Both the position numbers and the translations under genes were made by a program. Below the pieces are notes generated by a model. The model was not told where the DNA came from. It did no database searches and saw only the letters and a program-made list of their open reading frames with translations. DNA of 64,000 nt. Source: a virus (lineage: Duplodnaviria > Caudoviricetes). Each line of letters starts with the position of its first letter. Within the stretch, counting starts at the first letter, position 1. Shown piece by piece: positions 36,033 through 45,343 of this stretch. The stretch is taken from IMG/VR virus record IMGVR_UViG_2738541225_000002, positions 1-64,000 of that record; one strand, written 5' to 3'.

Positions 36033-36170
36033 ATATTGGATTTGGGGTATGATAAGTGTCAGAAGATAGCCTAAAATATAGCCGTAACTTATTGTTTTCA
36101 CAGTGCTCATTTATTGATGTATGTTCGGATTATTTTTGTATCTAATTGATATTTAAAATAATCACCACCA

Positions 36171-36226
36171 ATTTAAAATCCCTCGGCGTTCGCGCTGTGT
36201 GGGTTCAAGTCCCACTCCGGGTACCA
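36171..36226 (+). other. leuZ: att core: 3' half of tRNA-Leu(UAA) at the prophage 1/prophage 2 junction
   Basis: ATTTAAAATCCCTCGGCGTTCGCGCTGTGTGGGTTCAAGTCCCACTCCGGGTACCA runs from the anticodon loop to CCA; the 5' half is absent. Confidence 0.92.
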
Positions 36227-36254
36227 TTGGGATAAAAGCAGAATAATCAAAGCA

Positions 36255-36293
36255 ATAAGCAGTGTCGTGAAACCACCTACGGGTGGTTTTTTT
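36255..36293 (+). terminator. tRNA-downstream terminator, copy 2
   Basis: Same hairpin as 20-57. Confidence 0.8.
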
Positions 36294-36310
36294 GTTGCAA
36301 AACCACCCAT

Positions 36311-36333
36311 TTCATAATATCACTTCATAATAT
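36311..36333. repeat. Putative integrase arm-type sites of prophage 2
   Basis: TTCATAATAT twice (36311, 36324). Confidence 0.5.
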
Positions 36334-37354
36334 TTTTCCTTTCCACCTGTCCATCTACAACCGGAACTACCGCGATTTTCCTGTCATACCGGGCAGTTTG
36401 CTCAACGTTCTTGTGCCCTGATATTGCCTGTTTCTCGTACAGATTGCCCTTGAGATCGGATATCCCTTTTGCTTTTAGATCGTGGAACGTGAAGTCAAAG
36501 GAAAGGTGAGGGTACTGCTCCTGCGCCTCAATTTTTGCCTTTCTCCAGCGACTGTTAAAGCCGTCCCGTGTGTATTTTCCACCTGCTGGTTGATGGATGA
36601 CATACAGACTGCTCATGCCAGAGTTAAGAGGCAATTTTTTTGCCAACTCAAGTGCAGCGTTCAAGCGAGGGCTCCATGCTTTTATCTGAGCAACAGACGT
36701 TTTACTTTGCTTTATCAGGATACCTTCTTCCATAAATTGGCTTTTTTTCATCTCCAGTACATCGTTCTGTCTGGCACAGCAGAGGTAAGCGAGTTCCATG
36801 GCGATTTTCACAATGTCTGGAGCTACAGAGTACAGCGCTTGGTATTCCTCATTTGTAATATAGCGATCTCGGCTAACCTCTTTATATTGGCGAACACCCT
36901 TTGTTGGGTTCCCTTTAACGAATCCGCGTTCATAAGCCCAGCGATACACGCGTGACATAAAAGCTTTTTCTCTATTAGCTTGTGTCCTGCTTTTTATTCC
37001 CCGCTTGTCCATATAACGCCGAATATGTTCAGGTTTGATAGCGTCCGGCGGCATTTTCCCAAATACATCAATAATTTTTTTTGAATACTTTCTATAGTCT
37101 TTCTGGGTTTCCAGAGCCAGTTCGAAAAATTCACCAGATTTAAAGAAGCGTTCAATAAGCCCTTCCAGCATGGAGTAGTCCGGGCGATCGTTCATTAGTG
37201 CTTCCCATGCACTCCATACCTGAGCCTGTGTACTGGTTTTGTCACAGAGGCGGATATTGCCGCCTCCTTTGGGATGATATTCATATGCTGACCTCCCGAG
37301 GTAAACCCTCGGTGGCATCCAGGCATCGTCTTTATTTTTTCTCGGACGTGGCAT
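36320..37354 (-). CDS. int: Tyrosine integrase
   Basis: FHDLKAKG...SGH...RY; clear homologue of 123-1139. Confidence 0.95.
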   Translation of the reverse strand: MPRPRKNKDDAWMPPRVYLGRSAYEYHPKGGGNIRLCDKTSTQAQVWSAWEALMNDRPDYSMLEGLIERFFKSGEFFELALETQKDYRKYSKKIIDVFGKMPPDAIKPEHIRRYMDKRGIKSRTQANREKAFMSRVYRWAYERGFVKGNPTKGVRQYKEVSRDRYITNEEYQALYSVAPDIVKIAMELAYLCCARQNDVLEMKKSQFMEEGILIKQSKTSVAQIKAWSPRLNAALELAKKLPLNSGMSSLYVIHQPAGGKYTRDGFNSRWRKAKIEAQEQYPHLSFDFTFHDLKAKGISDLKGNLYEKQAISGHKNVEQTARYDRKIAVVPVVDGQVERKNIMK

Positions 37355-37584
37355 TAATCAAGCGCTCCAAAATTGGGCTGCAGCAAATTATCGACGTTAT
37401 TCTGTCGTAATCTCTGAGCTAAAGGATTATTGAAATGCGCCCAGGTTGTACGTGGTCTTCCGTCTCGTCCTTCAACAAAGAAAATCCCGGCATCACGTAA
37501 ACACTGTGATTGCTTTGAGGGGATCTTGTATCCAGTAATTCGTTCGAGGTCTGCGTTTGAAATGATCTCGTTATCAAGATTCAT
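37354..37584 (-). CDS. Excisionase-like protein (DUF4224-type)
   Basis: Homologous to 1123-1368; TGGAGA RBS. Confidence 0.8.
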   Translation of the reverse strand: MNLDNEIISNADLERITGYKIPSKQSQCLRDAGIFFVEGRDGRPRTTWAHFNNPLAQRLRQNNVDNLLQPNFGALD

Positions 37585-37649
37585 AGTGTATCTCCACAAG
37601 TCCGGCTGCAACCGGCTTAACTTCTACAATTCTTTTCTCCGGCCAGTCG

Positions 37650-37848
37650 TCACTCGATAGGCTTGATGGTGTCGAGCAGCAGCCGGCAGCCGGCGGCGCG
37701 TATTTTCTGCAAAATGACGGCATCCGGTCGCTTTGTGGTAAAACTCGTTTTTGCCAACGACCCACATCCGCTCTGTCTGATGCAGTTTTTTAACCTTCGG
37801 ACCGTCTTTGGTGATCACGGTACCGGTATGGGTTTTTATGATTGTCAT
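37650..37848 (-). pseudogene. Small early gene frameshifted by a 7-bp duplication
   Basis: AGCCGGC twice at 37681-37694; removing one copy gives a 63-aa ORF ending RRRLLLDTIKPIE at 37650. Confidence 0.55.
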
Positions 37849-38630
37849 ACGGACTCCCCAAGCACCCAACGGAGTGCGCTTGCATACTCACCCTCGGCAG
37901 ATTCCAGGGCTTTAGTAATTTCTTTGCGGGTTTTCAGACGCGGCTTTTCCTCACCGAGAATTTTACGCTGACGCCGGGCTTTTTCATGGCCGGTTATACC
38001 AGCTGTCGCCAGCTCGATTGCTGACACTTTTGCACGCTGCTCTTCAGGTGGGAGCGCAACAAGCTGACGCGCCTGGGTAACGGTGACAGTTCCAGACTCC
38101 ACTGCATCGCGGACAGCCTGGGTGGCATCCAGCAGCGACAGCGTTGCACGTACTGTCTGAACACTCACGCCAAACATCAGCGATAAATCGTCCTCGTCGT
38201 GCCCGCGGTCCAGCGCATCAGCCATTTTCTTTGCTCGGCCCAGCGGCGTATCAGCCTGGCGGATTTCGTTAGCACTTACCATCGCCTGCGCCATGCGAAC
38301 GGCAGAGCCACGTTTAGCGACTGCCGGAACCAGTAACGGTTCTTTGCCCTCTTTCGACAGACGCTTGTTGGCTTCCAGTGTATGGCGCACACGCTGGCGA
38401 CCATCAACTACACAAGACAGACCTGTCTCCGGGTCTTTCCAGACGATAATCGGCTCAAGAACGCCCTGGTCCATGATGTTCAGCACCATTGCCTCGCTGA
38501 TAGGCAGGTGGATACGCTCATCGTAAAGCGGGTGCGTTTTGTCGGTAACTAGGTGCAGGTTTTCAGGTTCGAACGTCAAAACGTTCGTTTTGCCACTGGC
38601 GCCGTATACAAGTTTTGAGTCTTTAGCCAT
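37845..38630 (-). CDS. ParB-like N-terminal domain protein
   Basis: GVLEPIIV...VVDGRQRV...AN..R motif followed by an HTH. Confidence 0.85.
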   Translation of the reverse strand: MAKDSKLVYGASGKTNVLTFEPENLHLVTDKTHPLYDERIHLPISEAMVLNIMDQGVLEPIIVWKDPETGLSCVVDGRQRVRHTLEANKRLSKEGKEPLLVPAVAKRGSAVRMAQAMVSANEIRQADTPLGRAKKMADALDRGHDEDDLSLMFGVSVQTVRATLSLLDATQAVRDAVESGTVTVTQARQLVALPPEEQRAKVSAIELATAGITGHEKARRQRKILGEEKPRLKTRKEITKALESAEGEYASALRWVLGESV

Positions 38631-38929
38631 CAGAGTGCCTCCACGTTACGAAAGCTGGTGGGGCAAATTGCTTTCAAATCGCGCATTGCTTCGAGGACAT
38701 GCAGATTTGTGCGCTTCTTGGTATGTCGCTCAGTAATACGATCACACTCCTTCGCCCATGATTTGACTTCGATGAGAAGAGCGTCTCGTTCGATACGAAC
38801 CTGGCGAAGAGCTACGTTCGAAACATCGAGGATAGCCGCCAGTTCTTTGACAATCGTTCCCTGAGCTGGTGGCATATCTCTGGCAATTTCGTATGCCTCT
38901 TTAATTAGTTGATTTGCTGTCTTAGCCAT
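38630..38929 (-). CDS. Hypothetical early protein
   Basis: 99 aa, TGGAGA RBS. Confidence 0.7.
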   Translation of the reverse strand: MAKTANQLIKEAYEIARDMPPAQGTIVKELAAILDVSNVALRQVRIERDALLIEVKSWAKECDRITERHTKKRTNLHVLEAMRDLKAICPTSFRNVEAL

Positions 38930-39219
38930 CTCTTGTTCTCCATCTGACGCGCTGCAACGCGTGAATTTAGGATGCAGCAATCCGACCCATGAAAGTGGGT
39001 GAATAGCTTGTTAAAATTTCTTGATGATGGGTTAGCCGCCACTGCAATGGCGGCACGTTAGTTCTCCACACAACTGGAAGCGCACTCCTTCAGTTACAAA
39101 CCGATCCCCACGACCGATGGAAGATGGAATGCGCTTTCATGATGTATGCCTGTCTTTTATCCACATCAGGCTCGGTGGTGGTATATTGGGAGTTCTCACA
39201 CAACCAATAAGGCAAATCC

Positions 39220-39453
39220 ATGAACAACGAAATTATGGAGTTAAGGATTTCCGCCATTGAGGCTGCAATTAAAACTATTTCAGCAGCCATATGCGCTAAT
39301 GAAGGCCCGGTCTCCGAAGACTTGCAAAACCAAATAAAAATTCTACGTAATCAACTTGCTAGCCCAGGAAGGACAGTGAATCAGGAGGCAATTACTTATC
39401 AGGTTATTAAGCTTCTCGATCCGCTTCATTGCGATCCTTGGGAGCCGTTTTAA
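39220..39453 (+). CDS. Small antisense moron within the pL operon
   Basis: 77 aa; upstream TGGTATATT extended -10 and TAAGG RBS. Confidence 0.55.
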   Translation: MNNEIMELRISAIEAAIKTISAAICANEGPVSEDLQNQIKILRNQLASPGRTVNQEAITYQVIKLLDPLHCDPWEPF

Positions 39454-39628
39454 AAACCGTCTCATTTAGGCGCGCCATCTTCGATTTTGCGCGCTCCCTA
39501 CGCTCTGTCTCATGTCGTAACTGCATACCAGAGAGCGCATTAAAAACAGCTGCTTGAAAAGCCAGAAACTCCACCTCACTGTTGCATTCAGCGGTGGGGC
39601 ATCCGTCCACGACTAACTCGATCTTCAT
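39407..39628 (-). CDS. Hypothetical protein
   Basis: 73 aa, GAGGAG RBS. Confidence 0.6.
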   Translation of the reverse strand: MKIELVVDGCPTAECNSEVEFLAFQAAVFNALSGMQLRHETERRERAKSKMARLNETVFKTAPKDRNEADREA

Positions 39629-39745
39629 TTTTTCTCACTCCTCTTCAGTTACCCGCTTAAGACCCAGCCAGCTAATCATCTTGGTATTCCCATGCTGCAT
39701 GATTCTGTTTAGCGAGCGTTCTACCTGTTCGCTGTTGATGAACGA

Positions 39746-39798
39746 AATCTAACTTAACTTAGTTTTATGGTCAAGAAAAAACACCAAGCTTTTCTTAG
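39746..39798 (-). promoter_or_regulatory. pL promoter and oL operators, prophage 2
   Basis: TTGACC-17-TAGATT (39774-39746); CTAA-N6-TTAG at 39749 and a variant near 39785. Confidence 0.7.
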
Positions 39799-39826
39799 CC
39801 TGGTGTTGATGGACGACTATTTCTGG

Positions 39827-40453
39827 TTAGAGTTCGTACTGAACGCCTTTGACTACACCGATAATGGTGCAGTTGCCATTAATGACAAGGTTAGGGTAAC
39901 GGGGATTTAGAGGGACAAGAAATTTTTGTGAGCCGTCTATAACTAATTTTTTTACTGTGGCTTCGTTTGTTCCATCAATACGGGCAACAACAATTTTACC
40001 ATGCAGTGGCTCGATTTCAGGATCAACAATCACTGTCGCGCCTTCAGGTATGGTAGGTAAACCATTGGGATTAGTCATTGAGTCGCCCTTAACTTCGAGT
40101 GCGAATGAGTTATCACTGATACGAAGTGATGTTTCAACCCACTTCTCCGCATCTTGCAGCACATCTTCAGCTTTTGACTCTGTAAATAATCCAGCTTGTA
40201 CCCATGAAATGACAGGTACTCTCCGCATTTTCGTTATTAGATTACCTTCAAACTCTGTGCCGTAAAGAATGTAATCTATTGATGTATTGAAGAATTTTGC
40301 AAGTTTTGATAATGATTCACCGCCAGGGACGTTTACATCTTTTTCCCAATACCCCACCGCAACATCACTAACCCCACAAAATTTACCTAGTTCCTTTTGA
40401 GAGGTTTTAGTGATGCGTCTGAGTGATTTTATTCGTTGCCCGACAGTTTCCAT
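39827..40453 (-). CDS. cI: CI repressor with S24 autopeptidase domain
   Basis: HTH, VQAG cleavage site, GDSM and TVKKL. Confidence 0.93.
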   Translation of the reverse strand: METVGQRIKSLRRITKTSQKELGKFCGVSDVAVGYWEKDVNVPGGESLSKLAKFFNTSIDYILYGTEFEGNLITKMRRVPVISWVQAGLFTESKAEDVLQDAEKWVETSLRISDNSFALEVKGDSMTNPNGLPTIPEGATVIVDPEIEPLHGKIVVARIDGTNEATVKKLVIDGSQKFLVPLNPRYPNLVINGNCTIIGVVKGVQYEL

Positions 40454-40476
40454 AAGTGCACCCGTAGTCAATTAAG

Positions 40477-40539
40477 CTAAGCAATCTTAGTTTTTATTGA
40501 CCTAAGATGGATTGATAATTAATATCTAACTAAACTTAG
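40477..40539 (+). promoter_or_regulatory. pR promoter and oR operators, prophage 2
   Basis: TTGACC-17-TAATAT at 40497-40525; CTAA-N6-TTAG at 40477 and 40526. Confidence 0.75.
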
Positions 40540-40553
40540 TAATGGGAGCCATT

Positions 40554-40766
40554 ATGACCACCGATGATGTTGAAAAGTACTTTGGTAACGCTGAAAAGGT
40601 AGCCGAGTTCTTTGGCATAACCAGCGAAGCAGTTTATCAGTGGAGGAATAGGCCCGGTCGCTTAATCCCCAAGGGGAGGGCGGCGGAGGCAGCGTACCGC
40701 ACAGGAGGCAAACTGATTTTTCATCCTGAACATTACAAAAAGTCTAACGGTTCAGTCAGCAAGTAG
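40554..40766 (+). CDS. cro: Cro-like regulator
   Basis: YFGNAEKVAEFFGITSEAVYQW. Confidence 0.85.
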   Translation: MTTDDVEKYFGNAEKVAEFFGITSEAVYQWRNRPGRLIPKGRAAEAAYRTGGKLIFHPEHYKKSNGSVSK

Positions 40767-40864
40767 AAACTACAAATCGAATTGCCTAGGGGTAGGTATG
40801 AACCCGGAACAGTTCTTAAGCACGCCAAAAGAAAGGCATCAGTAAAAATGGGGATCTGATTTAA

Positions 40865-41320
40865 ATGACAAATATGAAAGAAGTTGTGAAGGCTATGTGC
40901 AAATCATATCCGGGTGGCCGCGAAGCAATGGCTGGCGCCTTGGGTATGACCGTGACGCAGTTCAACAACAACCTCTACGAGAAAAACGGCTGTCGATTTT
41001 TTGAAGTATCGGAGCTGGAAGCGATGGAAGACATTTCCAACACGTCGCTACTGGCAGACTACTTCGCCCGCCGTCGTGGTGCTCTGCTGGTGGATGTGCC
41101 GCACCTGGAAGAACTCGATCGCGTGGACCTGTTTAGTCGAGCAATGCGTACCTCGGCAGCCAGAGGTCAGGTTGACCAGATTATCGAACAAGCACTTGAA
41201 GATGGGGTAATCGAAAGGCATGAGGCAGAAGAAATCATGGTGCATCACCGCCGCCATCTGGCAGCTCGCGAAGAAGAGATTGCCGCAATTATCACGTTAT
41301 TTTCACGCAAAAAGAAGTGA
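40865..41320 (+). CDS. YmfL/CII-like regulatory protein
   Basis: YPGGREAMAGALGM...ALEDGVIE..E pattern. Confidence 0.8.
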   Translation: MTNMKEVVKAMCKSYPGGREAMAGALGMTVTQFNNNLYEKNGCRFFEVSELEAMEDISNTSLLADYFARRRGALLVDVPHLEELDRVDLFSRAMRTSAARGQVDQIIEQALEDGVIERHEAEEIMVHHRRHLAAREEEIAAIITLFSRKKK

Positions 41321-41557
41321 CGCCAGCGAGTTGCAGCTCCTGGCGTCGTGGCGTGTCGTTATCAGTGGAGATTACTAACGCATGAACAGTCTACCAACAC
41401 AGTACCGCAGGTCGCAACTTGTGGCGCGGCCGGTTCCTGGTGGAGCAGGGCCGGTGCAGTTCGTGTATGGGGTAAGAGTACCCGGTGGGATAGAACCTGT
41501 CTGCTACCAGTTTGCTCAATGGGCGGTAGATGACTTTAGAAGTCAGGCGGAAAGCGT

Positions 41558-41770
41558 ATGCGAGAACTTAACCGATGGTTCAGAGATCACTACGGCGTCC
41601 CGGTCAGGGTCATACGCTGGGACTCCAAAACACAGCGCGTTATATACCTGCGCGAAGGGTATCAGCACGAGTGTTTCAGCCCACTTGAACAGTTCAAACG
41701 AAAATTCAGGGAAATAGAGGGGTCTTATGAGCCTGTTAATGCCATCAAGGCCGATAGTCATAAATCCTGA
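41558..41770 (+). CDS. DUF4222-type protein
   Basis: RDHYGVPVRVIRW...VIYLREGY...F.RKF. Confidence 0.75.
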   Translation: MRELNRWFRDHYGVPVRVIRWDSKTQRVIYLREGYQHECFSPLEQFKRKFREIEGSYEPVNAIKADSHKS

Positions 41771-42641
41771 CCTTGCATACAGCATTGGCCTGAATGAAGC
41801 CATTGCGCTGCAGCAGGTTAACTACTGGCTGCAGGAAACTAACTCAGGGCTGGAGCGTGACGGCGTACGCTGGATCTACAACACAACAGAGCAATGGCTG
41901 GAACAATTCCCGTTCTGGTCTGAGTCCACTCTGAAGCGCACCTTCACCCGGCTGAAGAGCCTGGGCGTGCTTAAAGTTGAGCAGCTTAACAAGTCGCAGC
42001 GTGACATGACGAACTACTACACGATCAACTACGAGAGCGAGCTTTTAGATGAGGTCAAAGTGACCAAATCGAAGAAGTCAAAATGCGCCGTTCCATCAGT
42101 TCAAAATGACACGATGGAAGAGGTCAATGTGAAACGCTCCACCAGGTCAAAACGAACCGCTGTCATCAGGTCAAATTGGCACGATGATCTTACAGAGAAT
42201 ACAACAGAGAGTACTACAGAGATTACAGGTAAAGACTCTTGTCCGGTTGCGCTGCAACCAGACCAGACCGATCCGGCTGCACTCGTTCTGGATCATTTTA
42301 ATCGAGTAACTAATTCGACCTATGGCAAGGGGGGACGAACCAAAACGACGCTGGGTTATATTCGGGGACGGCTGGCCGAAGATTACAGCCCTGAAGACCT
42401 GATGCTGGTGGTTGACTACCTGAACGAAAAATGGGCTCAGGATCCGAAGATGAGCGACTACCTGCGGCCCAAAACGCTGTTTGCTCCCGAGAACTGCGTC
42501 GAGTATTTCGACAAGGCCAAAAAATGGGAAGCAGCCGGGCGCCCAGCCTGGACTGGCGGAAAGTGGGTTAAACAAGACACGGCGTTCAAGTCCAGTTATT
42601 CCGACGTGGATTATTCAGTGCCAGCGGGGTTCCGTTCATGA
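41727..42641 (+). CDS. Replication initiator with conserved phage C-terminal domain
   Basis: IGLNEAIALQQ..YW...WIYNT; YLRPKTLF. Confidence 0.88.
   Translation: MSLLMPSRPIVINPDLAYSIGLNEAIALQQVNYWLQETNSGLERDGVRWIYNTTEQWLEQFPFWSESTLKRTFTRLKSLGVLKVEQLNKSQRDMTNYYTINYESELLDEVKVTKSKKSKCAVPSVQNDTMEEVNVKRSTRSKRTAVIRSNWHDDLTENTTESTTEITGKDSCPVALQPDQTDPAALVLDHFNRVTNSTYGKGGRTKTTLGYIRGRLAEDYSPEDLMLVVDYLNEKWAQDPKMSDYLRPKTLFAPENCVEYFDKAKKWEAAGRPAWTGGKWVKQDTAFKSSYSDVDYSVPAGFRS
42052..42226. repeat. ori iterons, prophage 2
   Basis: Six AGGTCAAA-like units about 23 bp apart, then three ACAGAGA units. Confidence 0.65.
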
Positions 42642-43447
42642 GCAAGCCATTTCTGAAATGGGCTGGTGGAAAGTATACCCAGCTGGCTGACCTGTTCGTG
42701 CATATCCCGGCAGGGAAACGCCTGATAGAGCCATTCGTTGGTGGTGGGGCGGTATTCCTGAACAGCGACAAGCACGCAGAGTACCTGCTGGCGGACGTTA
42801 ACCCGGACCTGATTAATCTGTATCAGATGTTAGCGGTGGTGCCGGATGAAGTGGAATTAAAGGCCCGCTGGATGTTTGAGCACATGCGGTCATCAGATGG
42901 CTATGAGCTGATCCGTTCCGAGTTCAACGCTCAGACGCTGGATGCTACTGAACGCGCAGCTGCATTCCTGTATCTCAACCGGCATTGCTTCAATGGCCTG
43001 ATGCGCTACAACCAGGCGAACAAGTTTAATGTGGGTTGGGGAGGCTACAAGGCCCCGTATTACCCGATGGATGAGATGAAAGCCTTCGCGGCTATGGCGC
43101 ATAACTGCGTCTTCATGACTGCTGACTATCGCCGAACTATCAGCCTGGCCGGGAAAGGGGATGTGGTTTACTGCGATCCGCCTTACGAACCGATGCCGGG
43201 AACAACCGGATTCACCGCCTACGCCGCTGGTGGTTTTAGCTGGGAGAACCAGGTAGACCTGGCGAAGCAATGCGTATCTGACTTTCACCGTGGGGCTCGG
43301 GTAGTAATTTCAAATTCATCTGCACCGAAGGTTCTCGACCTGTACCGGGAGCATGGTTTTAACCTGGAGTTCATCAAGGCGCGCCGTTCGATCTCCTGCA
43401 AAAGCAGTACGCGGGAAGTCGCAAAAGATGTCGTGGCTATCCTGTGA
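42638..43447 (+). CDS. dam: Dam-family DNA adenine methyltransferase
   Basis: LKWAGGK, EPFVGGG, DPPY. Confidence 0.92.
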   Translation: MSKPFLKWAGGKYTQLADLFVHIPAGKRLIEPFVGGGAVFLNSDKHAEYLLADVNPDLINLYQMLAVVPDEVELKARWMFEHMRSSDGYELIRSEFNAQTLDATERAAAFLYLNRHCFNGLMRYNQANKFNVGWGGYKAPYYPMDEMKAFAAMAHNCVFMTADYRRTISLAGKGDVVYCDPPYEPMPGTTGFTAYAAGGFSWENQVDLAKQCVSDFHRGARVVISNSSAPKVLDLYREHGFNLEFIKARRSISCKSSTREVAKDVVAIL

Positions 43448-43471
43448 GTTACCTGCCGTGGAGAAAATGAC

Positions 43472-44452
43472 ATGAGAGCATTACTGACTCCTGAAATTGC
43501 CCCACGCATGGGCATTGTTCTGCTACGCCCTGGCGCCGATCTGATGCCGATGTTCAGGAGAGGGCGGGTATTGGTTGAGCCGGCACCGGAAAAATACAGT
43601 GACTATGCAACCGGCGCTATCCCTCCTGCCAAACAGTCACTGGAAGAAGACCCGGTTTTGAAACCAGTCTTCGAAAACAAAGACGTCATTCTGCGCGCGG
43701 GTGGTATCAGCGCACTGGAGGCCGAGCTGGAGCGTCGGTTTGAATGCCAGTACCCGCACGGTTCGTGGCACAGCGAAAATTTTACATTGTTCCGTCATGA
43801 GCCTGGCAGCATCCGGCTTTGCTGGGCCTGCGATAACCTGGTGCGTGACCAGTACACAGAGACGCTGGCAGGCATTGCTCGTCAGAACCTGGTATCCTGG
43901 CTGATAACGGTTATTCGCTCACAGCTGGGGTTCAACGAAGACCATCAACTGACGATCCCAGAGTTGTGCTGGTGGCTGGTTATAAACAATCTGGCGCACG
44001 TGATCCCTGAATCGCTGGCCCGGAAAGCCTTGAGATTGCCGGAAATAAAGCATCAACCGGTGATGAAGGAGAGCGATATTGTGCCGGAGCCAGCGGCGAG
44101 CGAAGTGGTGCAGAAAAAGATTCTCGGTCTTCGCGTAGATCCTGAAACGCCGGAATCATTCATGCTGCGACCAAAGCGCCGCCGCTGGGTTAACGAGAAC
44201 TGGACTCGCTGGGTTAAGTCCCAGCAGTGTGTCTGCTGTAACAAACCAGCAGATGATCCCCATCACCTGATAGGCCACGGACAAGGTGGGATGGGAACGA
44301 AAGCGCACGACCTGTTTGTGTTGCCGCTTTGCAGAGCGCATCACGACGAGTTGCACGCTGACACCGTGGCATTTGAGGAGAAGCACGGCTCACAGCTTGA
44401 GCTGCTGTTTCGATTTTTGGATCGTTCGCTAGCAATTGGCGTGCTGGCTTAA
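43472..44452 (+). CDS. DUF968 (YdfU-like) protein
   Basis: MRALLTPEIA...ADDPHHLIGHGQGGMGTKAHDLFVLPLCR. Confidence 0.88.
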   Translation: MRALLTPEIAPRMGIVLLRPGADLMPMFRRGRVLVEPAPEKYSDYATGAIPPAKQSLEEDPVLKPVFENKDVILRAGGISALEAELERRFECQYPHGSWHSENFTLFRHEPGSIRLCWACDNLVRDQYTETLAGIARQNLVSWLITVIRSQLGFNEDHQLTIPELCWWLVINNLAHVIPESLARKALRLPEIKHQPVMKESDIVPEPAASEVVQKKILGLRVDPETPESFMLRPKRRRWVNENWTRWVKSQQCVCCNKPADDPHHLIGHGQGGMGTKAHDLFVLPLCRAHHDELHADTVAFEEKHGSQLELLFRFLDRSLAIGVLA

Positions 44453-44470
44453 TTCAGTGGAGATGAGTTA

Positions 44471-44815
44471 ATGCGTGATATGTATGAAATTTTAGACCGC
44501 TGGGGTGCATGGGCTGTTGCTGATAGTAGTGGTGTTGGCTGGCAACCCATTGCAGCTGGGTTTAAAGGTTTGCTACCTCATGGAAAGAAAACACGCCAGC
44601 AATGCGATGATGATGAAGGTATCATGATCGACGGATGTGTAGCGAGATTGCGGAAATATAAGCCGGAAGAGTATGAGTTGATTATCGCTCATTTTGTTAT
44701 CGGTATATCATTGCGTAGTATAGCTAAGAAACGCAAATGCTCTGATGGGACCATCAGGAAGGAACTGCAAACAGCGCTTGGGTTTATTGATGGCTGTTTA
44801 TGTGTGTTGAAGTGA
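44471..44815 (+). CDS. Q: Antitermination protein Q
   Basis: RWGAWA...CDDDEGIMID...SDGTIRKELQTA.GF. Confidence 0.88.
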   Translation: MRDMYEILDRWGAWAVADSSGVGWQPIAAGFKGLLPHGKKTRQQCDDDEGIMIDGCVARLRKYKPEEYELIIAHFVIGISLRSIAKKRKCSDGTIRKELQTALGFIDGCLCVLK

Positions 44816-44834
44816 AATAAGCCGCTTTTGCGGC

Positions 44835-45320
44835 TTATTTTTTATTCAGTTGACGTTTTTCTTTGAAAAGCTCTTTTATTTTTAAAGGTATAAATGTTGA
44901 TTGGATGAAAGAAAAGCATGTTAAAAACGAAATGGCATGACCAATATAGAGTTTAGCTATGCCTTTGTATGGTTCAATAATTACATTATCTTTTGATAAG
45001 AGATAAAAAATGAAAATTAAAACAAGTGTGAATATGTAAAGTAAAAATAATGCATAGTATTTATTAAAACGCATAATAAATCTTTTTTCTTGGTTTGCAA
45101 TATCTAAGTCGCTTAGGTTTAATATCAGCGAAGAGTTTTCACCCGACATTGTAATAACTAGTAACAAGAAACCAGAAAGGATTGAGAAAACATTTGCAAC
45201 AAGATTTAGTGCATCTGTATTATTTGTTAAACTATTAGTTAGAAAGTATGAAAAACAGCCAGAGGCTATAAGGTTCACAAGTGTGATTGATATACCTTTA
45301 ATGTTATAGTTGCTCGCCAT
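44835..45320 (-). CDS. AT-rich 4-TM membrane protein
   Basis: GGAGG RBS; four hydrophobic segments; 161 aa. Confidence 0.8.
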   Translation of the reverse strand: MASNYNIKGISITLVNLIASGCFSYFLTNSLTNNTDALNLVANVFSILSGFLLLVITMSGENSSLILNLSDLDIANQEKRFIMRFNKYYALFLLYIFTLVLIFIFYLLSKDNVIIEPYKGIAKLYIGHAISFLTCFSFIQSTFIPLKIKELFKEKRQLNKK

Positions 45321-45343
45321 TTTAGCCTCCTTTTTACCCTTCA

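Larger units (their letters stand above)
1..36170. mobile_element. Prophage 1: temperate podovirus-like phage integrated at tRNA-Leu(UAA); attL lies just upstream of the window
   Basis: Integrase at the left end. Contiguous immunity, replication, virion and lysis modules end at a tRNA-Leu 3' fragment. 20-57 repeats the post-tRNA sequence at 36255-36292. Confidence 0.93.

Noticed and set aside
36171-36226. Complete tRNA-Leu gene
   Set aside because: Only the anticodon loop to CCA is present; the upstream sequence cannot form the acceptor or D arms, so this is an att duplication.
42638-43447. Restriction-modification system
   Set aside because: No adjacent restriction endonuclease; solitary Dam is common in lambdoid phages.
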